NCBI GenBank assembly: GCA_038217285.1
Contig: JBBQPO010000105.1
Location: 1-18,777, forward strand
Source: Chthonomonadales bacterium
Lineage (GTDB): Bacteria > Armatimonadota > Chthonomonadetes > Chthonomonadales > Chthonomonadaceae
Reading direction: 5' to 3'
Length of the DNA: 18,777 nucleotides
The translations under genes were made by a program, and so were the position numbers. Positions 7,381 to 16,109 of this stretch are shown here, one piece after another; the stretch's first letter is position 1, and the number at the start of each line of letters is the position of its first letter. The notes beneath the pieces are model-generated. The model saw only the letters and a program-made list of their open reading frames with translations, did not search any database and was not told where the DNA came from.

Positions 7381-8220
7381 CTAGAACGCCATGTCGAAGG
7401 CACCGTGATCTACGACGTTCCCGTCGGCATTCATCACCGAGTAGACGCCACGCAGATGGGCATGGTCGCCGGGATGCACGGCCGGGACCAACTCGCCGCT
7501 GACATGGACGCCGGGACCGCTTTTCGAGAAAAGAGCGGACTGACCCAGCATCTCGACCGGGTAGCCGCCGTCGGTGAGGCGATTGGCGGAGATCGCCCCG
7601 ACGATGTTAAAATGAAAGTCCTGGAACGTCAGATTCCCGGTAAAGAAGGCGGGCGGTCCGCTCTCTGTAGACGGATCATGCGTCAGGCTCAACCGACCGC
7701 TCGCGCCGGCAGCACTGGTGTATTTGCCGCTTACACTGGGTCCCGCAGGGAAGGCGGTACGATACGGATCGGGCGGCAAGCCGTTTACCGTCGGGCCGGG
7801 CGGAAAAGCGCGCAGAAGATCGAAATAACCGCGAACGCTGCCGTCCATCTGATAGATAAGATGCGCGAAATAGCTGCCGTCGCCTGTCGGCATGGTATGC
7901 CCATGCGCGTGTAATCCCTTATCCGGGCCGATACCGAGCACATCTACCGAGCCATCGCCTAACGCGATACTCTTCACCTGCCGCCACTTGCCCTCCACGA
8001 ACAGCAGGGCGATCAAGTAGCCGTCCTGCGGGGAGGAGCCGATGTGGAGCATCGTCATCCCGCGCGAATTGTCGGTGAGATTGCTCTGCGAGAATCCGCG
8101 CCACATCGAACCGGGAACAAAGGCGTTGTCCGCCGCAGCGATGCGAGCCGTACCTATCAGGGCGCATACGCCCAGAATGGCGCCCATTGCCATCCTTACA
8201 TTCGAGAATATTCTGCTCAT
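7381..8220 (-). CDS. Hypothetical secreted protein, beta-rich, probably two domains joined by a Pro-rich linker (about 279 aa)
   Basis: RBS AAGGGAGG 9 nt before ATG 8220 (alternative ATGs at 8226 and 8241). Sec-type signal ending ...CALIGTARIAAA-D. GC-type codon usage and its own terminator. No family recognised. Confidence 0.75.
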   Translation of the reverse strand: MSRIFSNVRMAMGAILGVCALIGTARIAAADNAFVPGSMWRGFSQSNLTDNSRGMTMLHIGSSPQDGYLIALLFVEGKWRQVKSIALGDGSVDVLGIGPDKGLHAHGHTMPTGDGSYFAHLIYQMDGSVRGYFDLLRAFPPGPTVNGLPPDPYRTAFPAGPSVSGKYTSAAGASGRLSLTHDPSTESGPPAFFTGNLTFQDFHFNIVGAISANRLTDGGYPVEMLGQSALFSKSGPGVHVSGELVPAVHPGDHAHLRGVYSVMNADGNVVDHGAFDMAF

Positions 8221-8256
8221 TTTCATATGCCTCCCTTGCATTTTGCCACCTCTGGG

Positions 8257-8341
8257 ATGTTCACCACTTTGTGAACATAAAAAGAGTATCGGCCATGCGT
8301 GTGGACAGAAACGTGGACAGGAGAAGAGGAAAAGCGTGGAC
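8257..8341 (-). promoter_or_regulatory. Putative SARP/AfsR-type direct-repeat site, -10 element and palindrome upstream of the secreted-protein gene
   Basis: GTGGAC at 8301, 8313 and 8336 (GTCCAC on the minus strand). Minus-strand GATACTCT at 8283-8290. Perfect palindrome ATGTTCAC-N6-GTGAACAT at 8257-8278. Confidence 0.55.
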
Positions 8342-8392
8342 GGGTGGCGAAACGGACTGCGAAGCGTGTCCCATCTTACCAACAGGCCCATC

Positions 8393-11300
8393 ATGCCGAC
8401 AGAACTCAGCCCAACCCTACATCTGCGCCTCCTCGGACCCTTCGCCGTCGCCCTCCGAGGGCAGCCCCTGCCCCCACTCCGCTCCCGAAGCGGACGCCAT
8501 CTCCTCGCCCTCCTCGCCCTAAACGCCAACCGAGAAGTCGCCCGAGAATGGGTCGCAGGAACCCTCTGGCCCGACAGCCGCGACGAGCAGGCGCTCGCCA
8601 ACCTAAGAAGAACCCTCACCGACCTGCGCCATGCCCTCGGAGAGGCCGCCTCCTGTCTCATCTCCCCCACCACCCACACCCTCGCTCTGCAACTCACCGA
8701 GGAGGAGTGCGATCTCCTCGCCTTCGACAAAGCCCTCCAGCAGAACCAGCCCGAGGGATGGAGGCAGGCCGTCGCCCTCTACAGTGGCCCCCTCCTCGCC
8801 GACAGTTACGAACTCTGGGTCGGGCCAGAGAGAGCCGCGCGCCACGAGGGCTACCTGCACACCTTGCAGAGGCTGGCCCGACACGAGAGCGAGCAGGGGG
8901 AGTGGCGGGATGCGGCGCACTTTCTGCGGCTTGGCATTGCCTGCGATCCTCTGCGGGAGAGCCTCTACGCCGCCTTGATGGAGGCGCTGTGGGCGGGGGG
9001 GGATGTGGCGGAGGCGGTGCAGGTCTACCGGACACTGCGTCTTCGTCTTCACGAAGCTTTCGCCAACGCCGATCCTGCCCCCGAGATCACGGCTCTGTAT
9101 CGTCGTCTGCGCGCCGAGGCGCCGTTCCGCCCTGCCGCTGCTCTTTCTGCGGCGGCGCCGAAGCCGGTGGGTCTCTCTTTCTTGCACAACCTTCCTCAGC
9201 GTCTGACGGCCTTCGTGGGTCGTGAGGAGGAGCGTGTGGCTGTTGGGGGCTGGCTTGAGACGGCGCGTCTGGTGACCCTGACGGGTGCGGGTGGTATCGG
9301 GAAGACGCGTCTGGCTCTTGCGGTTGGGGAGGAGGTGGGGGGGGCTTTCCCTGGTGGTGTTTGGCTTGTGGAGCTGGCTGCGGTCACGGACGCGGCTCTG
9401 ATAGGGAGCGCGGTGGCGGAGGTATTGGGTGTTCGGGAAGCGGTGGGGAAGTCGGTGCTTGCGAGCTTGCAGGGTTCTCTTGGTGGGAAGCGTCTGCTTT
9501 TGGTTTTGGACAACTGCGAGCATCACGTGCTGGCGTGCGCCTCTTTTGCGGACGCTCTTTTGCGGGAGTGTCCGCAGGTGCATATCCTCGCCACGAGCCG
9601 ACAGGCCCTGGGCATTACGGGCGAAATCGCATGGCAGGTGCCGTCCCTGCCTCTGCCGCCTGCGGACTTGAATGCGGAGGGAGAGAACGGCACTGCCCTC
9701 CTGCTGGCCTACGCCTCCGCGCAACTGTTCGTGGCACGGGCGCAGGCGGTGCTTCCCACCTTCGTTATTACCGCTGCAGAGGTCCGGGCGGTGGCGCAGA
9801 TATGCCGCCGTCTGGAGGGAATTCCTCTGGCCCTGGAGTTGGCGGCAGCCCGACTGCGCTCGCTCTCGGCCACGCAGATCGCCGCCCGGCTCGATGATCG
9901 CTTCCACCTGCTGACGCAGGGCGACCGGACCGCTCTGCCCCGTCAGCAGACCCTGCGCGCACTGATCGACTGGAGCTACGAGCCTCTGAGCGAGTCGGAA
10001 CGTCTCCTACTGCGTCGTCTCTGCCTCTTCGCCGGAGGCTGGACGCTGGAAGCTAGCGAGCAGGTCTGCGCCGGCGAGGGTCTGGACGCGGACGACATTC
10101 TGGACCTTCTGACCATGCTGGTGGAAAAGTCGCTGGTAATCGCCGAGGCGCACGGCCCGGAACACCGGTATCGCCTCCTGGAAACCCTGCGCCAGTATGC
10201 CGCTGAGAAGCTGGCCGACGAGGGAGCTACTCGACGGATGGCGGAGCGACACCGCGACTGGTGCGTGACGCTGGCGGAGAGAGGAGAGGCCTATCTGCGC
10301 GGCCCGGAGCAGGGGGAGTGGGCGCAGCGTCTCGAAGCGGAACTGGAGAACCTGCGAAGCGCCCTGCATCTGTCTGGGGAGGGACTGGAGCGACTGCGTA
10401 TTGCGGCGGCACTGGGGGGATTCTGGTATATTCGGGGCTATTTGCGAGAAGGGCGAGCGTGGCTGAGATCGGCGCTCACCGAGCATCCGGACGCGCCTTT
10501 GCCGCTCCGCAGCAAAGCGCTCAAGGCACTGGGAGACCTCTGTTGGGCTATGGCGGACTATCCGGAGGCATGGGCGATTCACCAGAAGAATCTTGCCCTG
10601 CAGCAAGACCAGGGTGACACCAAGGGCGTCGCCTACACGCTGCATAGCCTGGGGCTTATTCTTTACCATCAGGGCGATAATGCGCGCGCCTGCGCCCTTT
10701 ATGACCAGAGTCTTGCACAGGTACGGAAGCTGGACGACCGCCGCGCGCTTGGCGTTATCCTGACCAATATGGCGATCGCCCAGAAAGACCGGGGCGAGTA
10801 CGCGGCGGCACAGCAGGCGTTACGGGAGGCCGAAACACTGCTGCGCCAGGAGTGCAATAGCCGTGCCCTGGCAGGCAATCTACACTCTCAGGCTCTTATC
10901 GCCAAGCGCTGCAGCGACTATATCACCGCGAAAGTCCAACTGGCCGAGTGCCTCACGGTCTATACGGAGTTACAGGACAGGCATGGCATCGCGGCTACCC
11001 GACACACCCGCGGGGAAGTGGCCTTTTACGAGAGCGACTACGCCATGGCGCGCGCTTGTTATGAGGAGGCGCTGCTGGTTTTCGAAGACCTGGGCGCGAA
11101 ACGTTACATTGCCGGCACACTCTGCAATCTGGGCGAGCTGGCCTGCACCCTGGGAGACTTCACGGCCTCTCGAAACTACCACCGACGTAGCCTGGAGTTG
11201 GAGAAGGAGGCAGAGAACCGGGGCGGGATCCTCGGCTCTCTGCTGGGTTTCGCCGCGCTGGAGCAGGCCTCTGGACATCCTGAGCGCGCGGCGCGTCTCT

Positions 11301-11485
11301 ACGGCGCAGGCATGACGCATCTCGAAATCTCCAGGACTCCGCTGGCTCCCAACGTACAGTCGAACTACGAGGATGGCGTTCGCGCCCTGCGCGCCGCCCT
11401 GGGCGAAAGCGAGTTTGCGCGTCTCTGGGCCGAAGGGGCCGTTCTGTCCCTGGAACAGGCAATCGACTTCGCCGCTGTGCTATAA
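8393..11485 (+). CDS. AfsR/SARP-like regulator: wHTH + BTAD + NB-ARC (STAND) ATPase + TPR (about 1030 aa)
   Basis: LRLLGPF, LLALLAL, LWPD...ANLRRTL, BTAD (ALYSGPLL, DPLRE...LMEAL), NLPQRLTAFVGRE, Walker A GAGGIGKT, Walker B LLVLDNCEH, LATSR, EGIPLALELAAAR, C-terminal TPRs ending LSLEQAIDFA. Confidence 0.93.
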   Translation: MPTELSPTLHLRLLGPFAVALRGQPLPPLRSRSGRHLLALLALNANREVAREWVAGTLWPDSRDEQALANLRRTLTDLRHALGEAASCLISPTTHTLALQLTEEECDLLAFDKALQQNQPEGWRQAVALYSGPLLADSYELWVGPERAARHEGYLHTLQRLARHESEQGEWRDAAHFLRLGIACDPLRESLYAALMEALWAGGDVAEAVQVYRTLRLRLHEAFANADPAPEITALYRRLRAEAPFRPAAALSAAAPKPVGLSFLHNLPQRLTAFVGREEERVAVGGWLETARLVTLTGAGGIGKTRLALAVGEEVGGAFPGGVWLVELAAVTDAALIGSAVAEVLGVREAVGKSVLASLQGSLGGKRLLLVLDNCEHHVLACASFADALLRECPQVHILATSRQALGITGEIAWQVPSLPLPPADLNAEGENGTALLLAYASAQLFVARAQAVLPTFVITAAEVRAVAQICRRLEGIPLALELAAARLRSLSATQIAARLDDRFHLLTQGDRTALPRQQTLRALIDWSYEPLSESERLLLRRLCLFAGGWTLEASEQVCAGEGLDADDILDLLTMLVEKSLVIAEAHGPEHRYRLLETLRQYAAEKLADEGATRRMAERHRDWCVTLAERGEAYLRGPEQGEWAQRLEAELENLRSALHLSGEGLERLRIAAALGGFWYIRGYLREGRAWLRSALTEHPDAPLPLRSKALKALGDLCWAMADYPEAWAIHQKNLALQQDQGDTKGVAYTLHSLGLILYHQGDNARACALYDQSLAQVRKLDDRRALGVILTNMAIAQKDRGEYAAAQQALREAETLLRQECNSRALAGNLHSQALIAKRCSDYITAKVQLAECLTVYTELQDRHGIAATRHTRGEVAFYESDYAMARACYEEALLVFEDLGAKRYIAGTLCNLGELACTLGDFTASRNYHRRSLELEKEAENRGGILGSLLGFAALEQASGHPERAARLYGAGMTHLEISRTPLAPNVQSNYEDGVRALRAALGESEFARLWAEGAVLSLEQAIDFAAVL

Positions 11486-11486
11486 T
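11476..11486 (+). promoter_or_regulatory. Extended -10 promoter (TGTGcTATAAT) overlapping the regulator stop codon
   Basis: Perfect TATAAT at 11481-11486 preceded by TGn, about 45 nt upstream of ATG 11530. Confidence 0.55.
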
Positions 11487-11529
11487 GAGGCCGTTGTCTA
11501 TCCCTAAGAACGGTGGGTGCGAAAGACGT

Positions 11530-12768
11530 ATGGGACATTACGATGTGATTGTGGTGGGGGCAGGGCCGGCCGGGAACGCCGCGGCATTCGCGCTGGCACG
11601 CGGCGGGGCGAAAGTGGCTCTGCTGGAGAAGCAGACTCTGCCGCGCCATAAGACCTGCGGCGGCGGAATGCCGATGATGGTCTCGCAGGTTCTGGAGCTG
11701 GACGCGCTGCGCGACCTGGCGCCGGACGCCTTTGTCGAGGCCAATACACGATTTATGCGCCACACCTGGAAGTTCGGCGATCCCTGTCTGGCTCCCATGA
11801 ACCCGGAACCGCACGACGGGCGCGACCTGTCGCTCTGGATGGTACGGCGATCCGTCTTCGACAATGCGCTGGCGCAGCGCGCCGCCCGTGCCGGGGCGGA
11901 ACTGCGCGACGGCCTGCCTGTGAAGACGCTGGAGATCACGCGCAATGGTCCGGTGAAGATCACGGCGGAAGGCGCGAGCGGCGCATGGTCGGCGACGGCC
12001 GATGTCGTGATTGGAGCGGACGGAGCCAACGGCATCGTGGCCCGCTCGGTCGGGCTGCGCAAAGAGCGGGTGCTGGCGATCGCGATCGAGGCGGAGGTGC
12101 CGCACCGCTGGGGAGACGGCCACCCCGACCTGCGCCCGGACGTCTGCCATCTGGAGTACGGGGCGGTGGAGCGCGGATATGCGTGGGTCTTCCCGAAAGG
12201 CGACCATCTCAACGTCGGGGCGGGTGTGTTCCGGCCTCGCAACACCGGTGGACGCGGGGACAGCTCCGTGCGCGACGAGCTGCACCGGGCTATTCTGGAC
12301 TATCTGACGGCGCTCGGAGTGCCGAAAGCACACGACGATCTGGTCTATCATGCCCATCCCCTGCCGCTCTGGAACGGCCTCGACAAGCTCCAGACCCGTG
12401 ACAACCGGGTGCTGCTGGCAGGCGACTCCGCCGGGCTGATCAACCCATTTTTCGGTGACGGCATACTGCACGCTCTGAAAAGCGGACAGATCGCCGCGCG
12501 CTGCGTACTTGAGAAAGAGACGGCGGGCTACACGCAGGCCATCTCCGCAGAGTTCCGCGCCAACTTCGACGCCGCGCTGAAACTCGCGAAGTTTTTCTAC
12601 CAGTGGCCGGGCTTCTGTTACCGCCACGGTGTGCGACGACCGACCGCAACGCGCACGGCAACACGCCTGATCTCGGGCGACGCGCTCTTTAACGACATCT
12701 CCGGACGCGTGATCCGACGTCTCCGGAACGCCATGAAATCCGACCCTGTCGAAGTCAACGACCTATAA
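11530..12768 (+). CDS. Geranylgeranyl reductase family FAD-dependent oxidoreductase (412 aa; alternative ATG 11485)
   Basis: YDVIVVGAGPAG, LLEK..LPRHKTCGGG, RRSVFD..L, VIGADGANG, GYAWVFPKG, LLAGDSAGLINPFFGDGI. Confidence 0.9.
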   Translation: MGHYDVIVVGAGPAGNAAAFALARGGAKVALLEKQTLPRHKTCGGGMPMMVSQVLELDALRDLAPDAFVEANTRFMRHTWKFGDPCLAPMNPEPHDGRDLSLWMVRRSVFDNALAQRAARAGAELRDGLPVKTLEITRNGPVKITAEGASGAWSATADVVIGADGANGIVARSVGLRKERVLAIAIEAEVPHRWGDGHPDLRPDVCHLEYGAVERGYAWVFPKGDHLNVGAGVFRPRNTGGRGDSSVRDELHRAILDYLTALGVPKAHDDLVYHAHPLPLWNGLDKLQTRDNRVLLAGDSAGLINPFFGDGILHALKSGQIAARCVLEKETAGYTQAISAEFRANFDAALKLAKFFYQWPGFCYRHGVRRPTATRTATRLISGDALFNDISGRVIRRLRNAMKSDPVEVNDL

Positions 12769-12845
12769 AAGCCTATCCCAAAGGGAGGGCTCTCCTATCT
12801 CGCCGTAAATCCTGATGGGACAAACTCTAAATGAGGAGAACACCG

Positions 12846-13601
12846 ATGTCTACCGAACCGAGTTCGCTGAATCGCCGCAATTTTCTGACCCTGAGCGCGG
12901 TCGCCGGAGCTGGTATCGTCGCCGCGACGGCGCTTCCCGAGGCCGGCGCCTCCGGGGTGGCACAGGTTGCCGCGCCCGTTCTTATTAAGCCGAAACCCCT
13001 TGCCGACAAGGTCTACACTACCGAGACGGCCGGCATCAGCCGCAAGACCCACGACGAGCACTACAAGCTCTACACCGGCTATGTCAACAAGGTCAACGAG
13101 ATCCGTACCAAGCTCGGTGCCCTGGGCGTTCCCGACCCCACCAAGGCCAACGCTACCTTCAGCGAGCTGCGAGAACTGAAAGTGGAGTATAGCTTTGCGC
13201 TGGGCGGCGTGAAGAATCATGAGCTCTACTTCGGGCATCTCGGCGGCAAGGGCGGCGCTCCCAACGGCGCTATCGCCGACGCCATCGCCTCTACCTTCGG
13301 CTCCTATAACAACTGGAAGGCCGACCTTAAGGCGACCGGAATCGCGGCGCGCGGCTGGGTCTGGCTGGCGCTCGACTACACCGACGGCAGTCTCTTCAAC
13401 TACATCGGCGACGCACAGAACAGTTTCCCCATCTGGAACGCCGCGCCTCTGCTTGGCCTCGATGTCTACGAACACGCGTACTTTATCGACTTCGGCTCCG
13501 CCCGCGCCAAATATATCGATGCGTTCCTCAACGTGATCGACTGGGACGCGGTCAATACCAACTTCAGCCTCGCACAGACGATGATGAAAGCGGGCAAATA
13601 G
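12846..13601 (+). CDS. Fe/Mn superoxide dismutase with twin-arginine signal peptide (251 aa)
   Basis: RBS TGAGGAG. Tat motif NRRNFL plus h-region and AGA. Ligand motifs EHYKLY.GY, GGVKNHELYF, GWVWL and LDVYEHAY. Confidence 0.92.
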   Translation: MSTEPSSLNRRNFLTLSAVAGAGIVAATALPEAGASGVAQVAAPVLIKPKPLADKVYTTETAGISRKTHDEHYKLYTGYVNKVNEIRTKLGALGVPDPTKANATFSELRELKVEYSFALGGVKNHELYFGHLGGKGGAPNGAIADAIASTFGSYNNWKADLKATGIAARGWVWLALDYTDGSLFNYIGDAQNSFPIWNAAPLLGLDVYEHAYFIDFGSARAKYIDAFLNVIDWDAVNTNFSLAQTMMKAGK

Positions 13602-13650
13602 TGGAGGGAAAGAAGACGATGGCTCCTCTGTTTGCTGCATGGGAGCCACG

Positions 13651-14829
13651 ATGACAGGGACGGCGGTACAGTTCGGGGCAGGCAATATCGGGCGGGGATT
13701 TCTGGCGCAGCTCTTCCACGAGAGCGGGCTGGAGGTCGTGTTTGTGGATGTCACCGATTCGGTCGTCGATGCCTTGAATGAGAGGCGCGCCTATCCGATC
13801 TTTATCGTCGGGGCAGGCGCGGAGACCGTGCGTATCGACCGGGTGCGGGCGGTGCATGGGCGAGATCGGGTGCGGGTGGCGGAGGAGATCGCGCAGGCGG
13901 AGATCGTCTGCACGGCGGTCGGTGCGAATGCCCTGCCGTTCGTCGCGCCTGCCCTTGCAGCGGGCCTGCTGGCGCGGCATAAGAGCCTGGGAACGCCCGT
14001 GAATGTCCTGCTCTGCGAGAATCTACACGATGCGGTGAGCGTCTTACGCGCCGCCGTGGCCGATCATCTGCCGGAAAAAAATCGGGACGAGGTGCTTGCC
14101 AAGACCGGCTTCGTGCAGGCCGTCGTCAGCCGTATGGTTCCCGCGCAGACGGAGGCGGACCGTGCTGCCGACCCGTTGGCAATCCGCGTGGAGGCGTACA
14201 AGCGACTGCCGGTGGACGCCGTCGCGATAGTGGGTGCGCTGCCGCCCCTGGTCGGGGTGGAGCCGGTCGCCAACTTTAACGCCTATGTCGAGCGCAAACT
14301 CTACACGCACAACTGCGCGCATGCGGTGCTGGGCTATCTGGGCTATGCGGCCGGGTATCTCTACGGCTACGAGGCGCTGCGGGATGTACGGATCGCGCCC
14401 CTGCTGCGGGCGGTGCTGGCCGAGTCCTCCGAAGCTCTGATCCGCCGACACGGCTTCGCGCCTGAAGAGCAGGTGGGCCATGTCGAGGACCTGCTGGAGC
14501 GGTTTACCAATGAGAGTTTAGGAGACACCTGTATTCGACTCGCGCGCGACCCCATGCGCAAACTGGCACCGGACGACCGACTGGTGGGGGCGGCACGGCT
14601 CTGTGAGGCCGAAGGCGTGACGCCGCGCGCCCTGGCATGGGCGATCGCCGCCGCACTGCGTTATGATGGCCCGAACGATCCGTCCGCCTCCGATCTGCAA
14701 AAGATGCTCAGGGAACAGGGCCGCGAGATCACCTTGCGGAAGGTTTGCGGAATCGCGCCGACGGAGTCGCTCGCCGCACTTATAGAGGAAGCGATGAATG
14801 TGGCGGCGGGAACCGACTATGCGGGATGA
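13651..14829 (+). CDS. mtlD: Mannitol-1-phosphate 5-dehydrogenase family (392 aa)
   Basis: AVQFGAGNIGRGF, TAVG, LLCEN, VSRMVP, YVERKLYTHNCAHA, RLARDPMRKLAPDDRL. RBS GGGAG before ATG 13651. Confidence 0.88.
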   Translation: MTGTAVQFGAGNIGRGFLAQLFHESGLEVVFVDVTDSVVDALNERRAYPIFIVGAGAETVRIDRVRAVHGRDRVRVAEEIAQAEIVCTAVGANALPFVAPALAAGLLARHKSLGTPVNVLLCENLHDAVSVLRAAVADHLPEKNRDEVLAKTGFVQAVVSRMVPAQTEADRAADPLAIRVEAYKRLPVDAVAIVGALPPLVGVEPVANFNAYVERKLYTHNCAHAVLGYLGYAAGYLYGYEALRDVRIAPLLRAVLAESSEALIRRHGFAPEEQVGHVEDLLERFTNESLGDTCIRLARDPMRKLAPDDRLVGAARLCEAEGVTPRALAWAIAAALRYDGPNDPSASDLQKMLREQGREITLRKVCGIAPTESLAALIEEAMNVAAGTDYAG

Positions 14830-16075
14830 ACAGGGCGATTTGAGGCCGGTGTCGTACCGCGGCGCGACGATACGCTCCCTGCGGGAAGAGGATCGGGATT
14901 CCTGCCTCGATCTCTGGTGTACCGTCTGGCCCAGCGAGGGCAGTCGCGCCTATTTTAGCCGCTACTTCTATAGTGACATCGATTGGCTGCCCTACTATAC
15001 GCAGGTGGCGGACGTGGAGGGCCGCATCGTCAGCGCCGTGCATATCTGCCGACGAGTCGTGGCCTGCGGCGACATGCAGTTGACGATGGGGGGCATCGCG
15101 AACGTCGCGACCGCAATGGAGTTTCGAGGCGAGGGCTACAGCACCGCCTGCCTGCGCCGTGCTCTCGCGGTCATGGAAGGGGACGCCATGGACTTCTCGC
15201 TGCTGTTCACCGGTATCAACCCTTACTATGTGCGCGAAGGTTATGTCGATTGGCCGCGGGAACGGAAGCGCGGGACAATCCGCGCCGATTTCCTGCCGCG
15301 ACCGACCCCTCTGCGCGTACGGTCTGCCACCAGTGCTGACATTCACACGATTCAAGCGCTCTATACTGGCTACAACAGGACGCGCCCTATCGCCGTACAG
15401 CGCACCGCCGCCTACTGGCGGGACTGGATCGAGTTTGTGCCGGACAGCATGGGTGAGCCGCCTCTGTTGGCGCTGGATGCGGAGGGGCGGACGCTCGGAT
15501 ATGCGTGCTATCAGGTCAACTTCTACCGGGGGCATCAGCTCAATGAAGACTATGCCTATGTTACGGAGATCGGCTTCTCGGTGGACGCCGATCAACAGGC
15601 GGTCGCGACCGCGCTTCTGGATGCCATCGCCCAGCGTGCCCTCGCTTCCGGCAAGCGCGAACTGCATCTGAGCGTCGTACTGGACAGGCCGATCTGCGCC
15701 GCGCTCGACGGCCTCCTGGCGGCTCCGGAGTCGAACATCACTTTTTCGGGGATGGCGCGCCTGCTGCATCGGGACAGTCTGCTGCGCAGCCTGACGCCCG
15801 AACTCACCGACCGCTGGATCGCCGCCGGACGACCGCGTGGCGTCCTGACGTTCGCCACGCCCTACGGCCCGACCGAACTCAACGCCAACGGCCCTTTCTT
15901 ACGCGTTCAGGGGATCGACAGAGAGGAAGCGGTCATGCCTCAGTCTACGCTGTTCGGCCTCCTGTTCGGCTCTCTATCGCCCGAAGAGGCGACGGAAGAG
16001 ACGGATCTGCACCCACTGTTGCGCGCGCTGTTCCCGCCACACGGGACGGTATTCTGGGGGGCGGACGGGTTTTAG
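14819..16075 (+). CDS. Eis-like tandem GNAT N-acetyltransferase (418 aa)
   Basis: MGGIANVAT..EFRGEGYS acetyl-CoA motif, SLLFTGINPYY...GY, second GNAT half R..AYW. Overlaps the end of mtlD by 11 nt. Confidence 0.85.
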   Translation: MRDEQGDLRPVSYRGATIRSLREEDRDSCLDLWCTVWPSEGSRAYFSRYFYSDIDWLPYYTQVADVEGRIVSAVHICRRVVACGDMQLTMGGIANVATAMEFRGEGYSTACLRRALAVMEGDAMDFSLLFTGINPYYVREGYVDWPRERKRGTIRADFLPRPTPLRVRSATSADIHTIQALYTGYNRTRPIAVQRTAAYWRDWIEFVPDSMGEPPLLALDAEGRTLGYACYQVNFYRGHQLNEDYAYVTEIGFSVDADQQAVATALLDAIAQRALASGKRELHLSVVLDRPICAALDGLLAAPESNITFSGMARLLHRDSLLRSLTPELTDRWIAAGRPRGVLTFATPYGPTELNANGPFLRVQGIDREEAVMPQSTLFGLLFGSLSPEEATEETDLHPLLRALFPPHGTVFWGADGF

Positions 16076-16109
16076 AGAAAATTTTAGCCAAGGGAGAAAG
16101 TGCGCAAAA

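Noticed and set aside
8042-8730. Long overlapping N-terminal extensions in the ORF track (8042 + and 8730 -)
   Set aside because: They are mutual antisense overlaps. Domain starts, the RBS and the signal peptide support 8393 and about 8220.
5434-11485. SIR2-TPR plus NB-ARC protein as a split Avs-like defence system
   Set aside because: The NB-ARC protein has a wHTH-BTAD transcriptional N-terminus and is divergent, and a terminator separates the secreted-protein gene from SIR2. Nothing links them beyond proximity.
12769-12845. Possible Mn (yybP-ykoY) or fluoride riboswitch upstream of the SOD gene
   Set aside because: Some pairing is possible (TCCCA/TGGGA, GGAG/CTCC), but the conserved motifs are not convincingly present. 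An Rfam cmscan would settle it.
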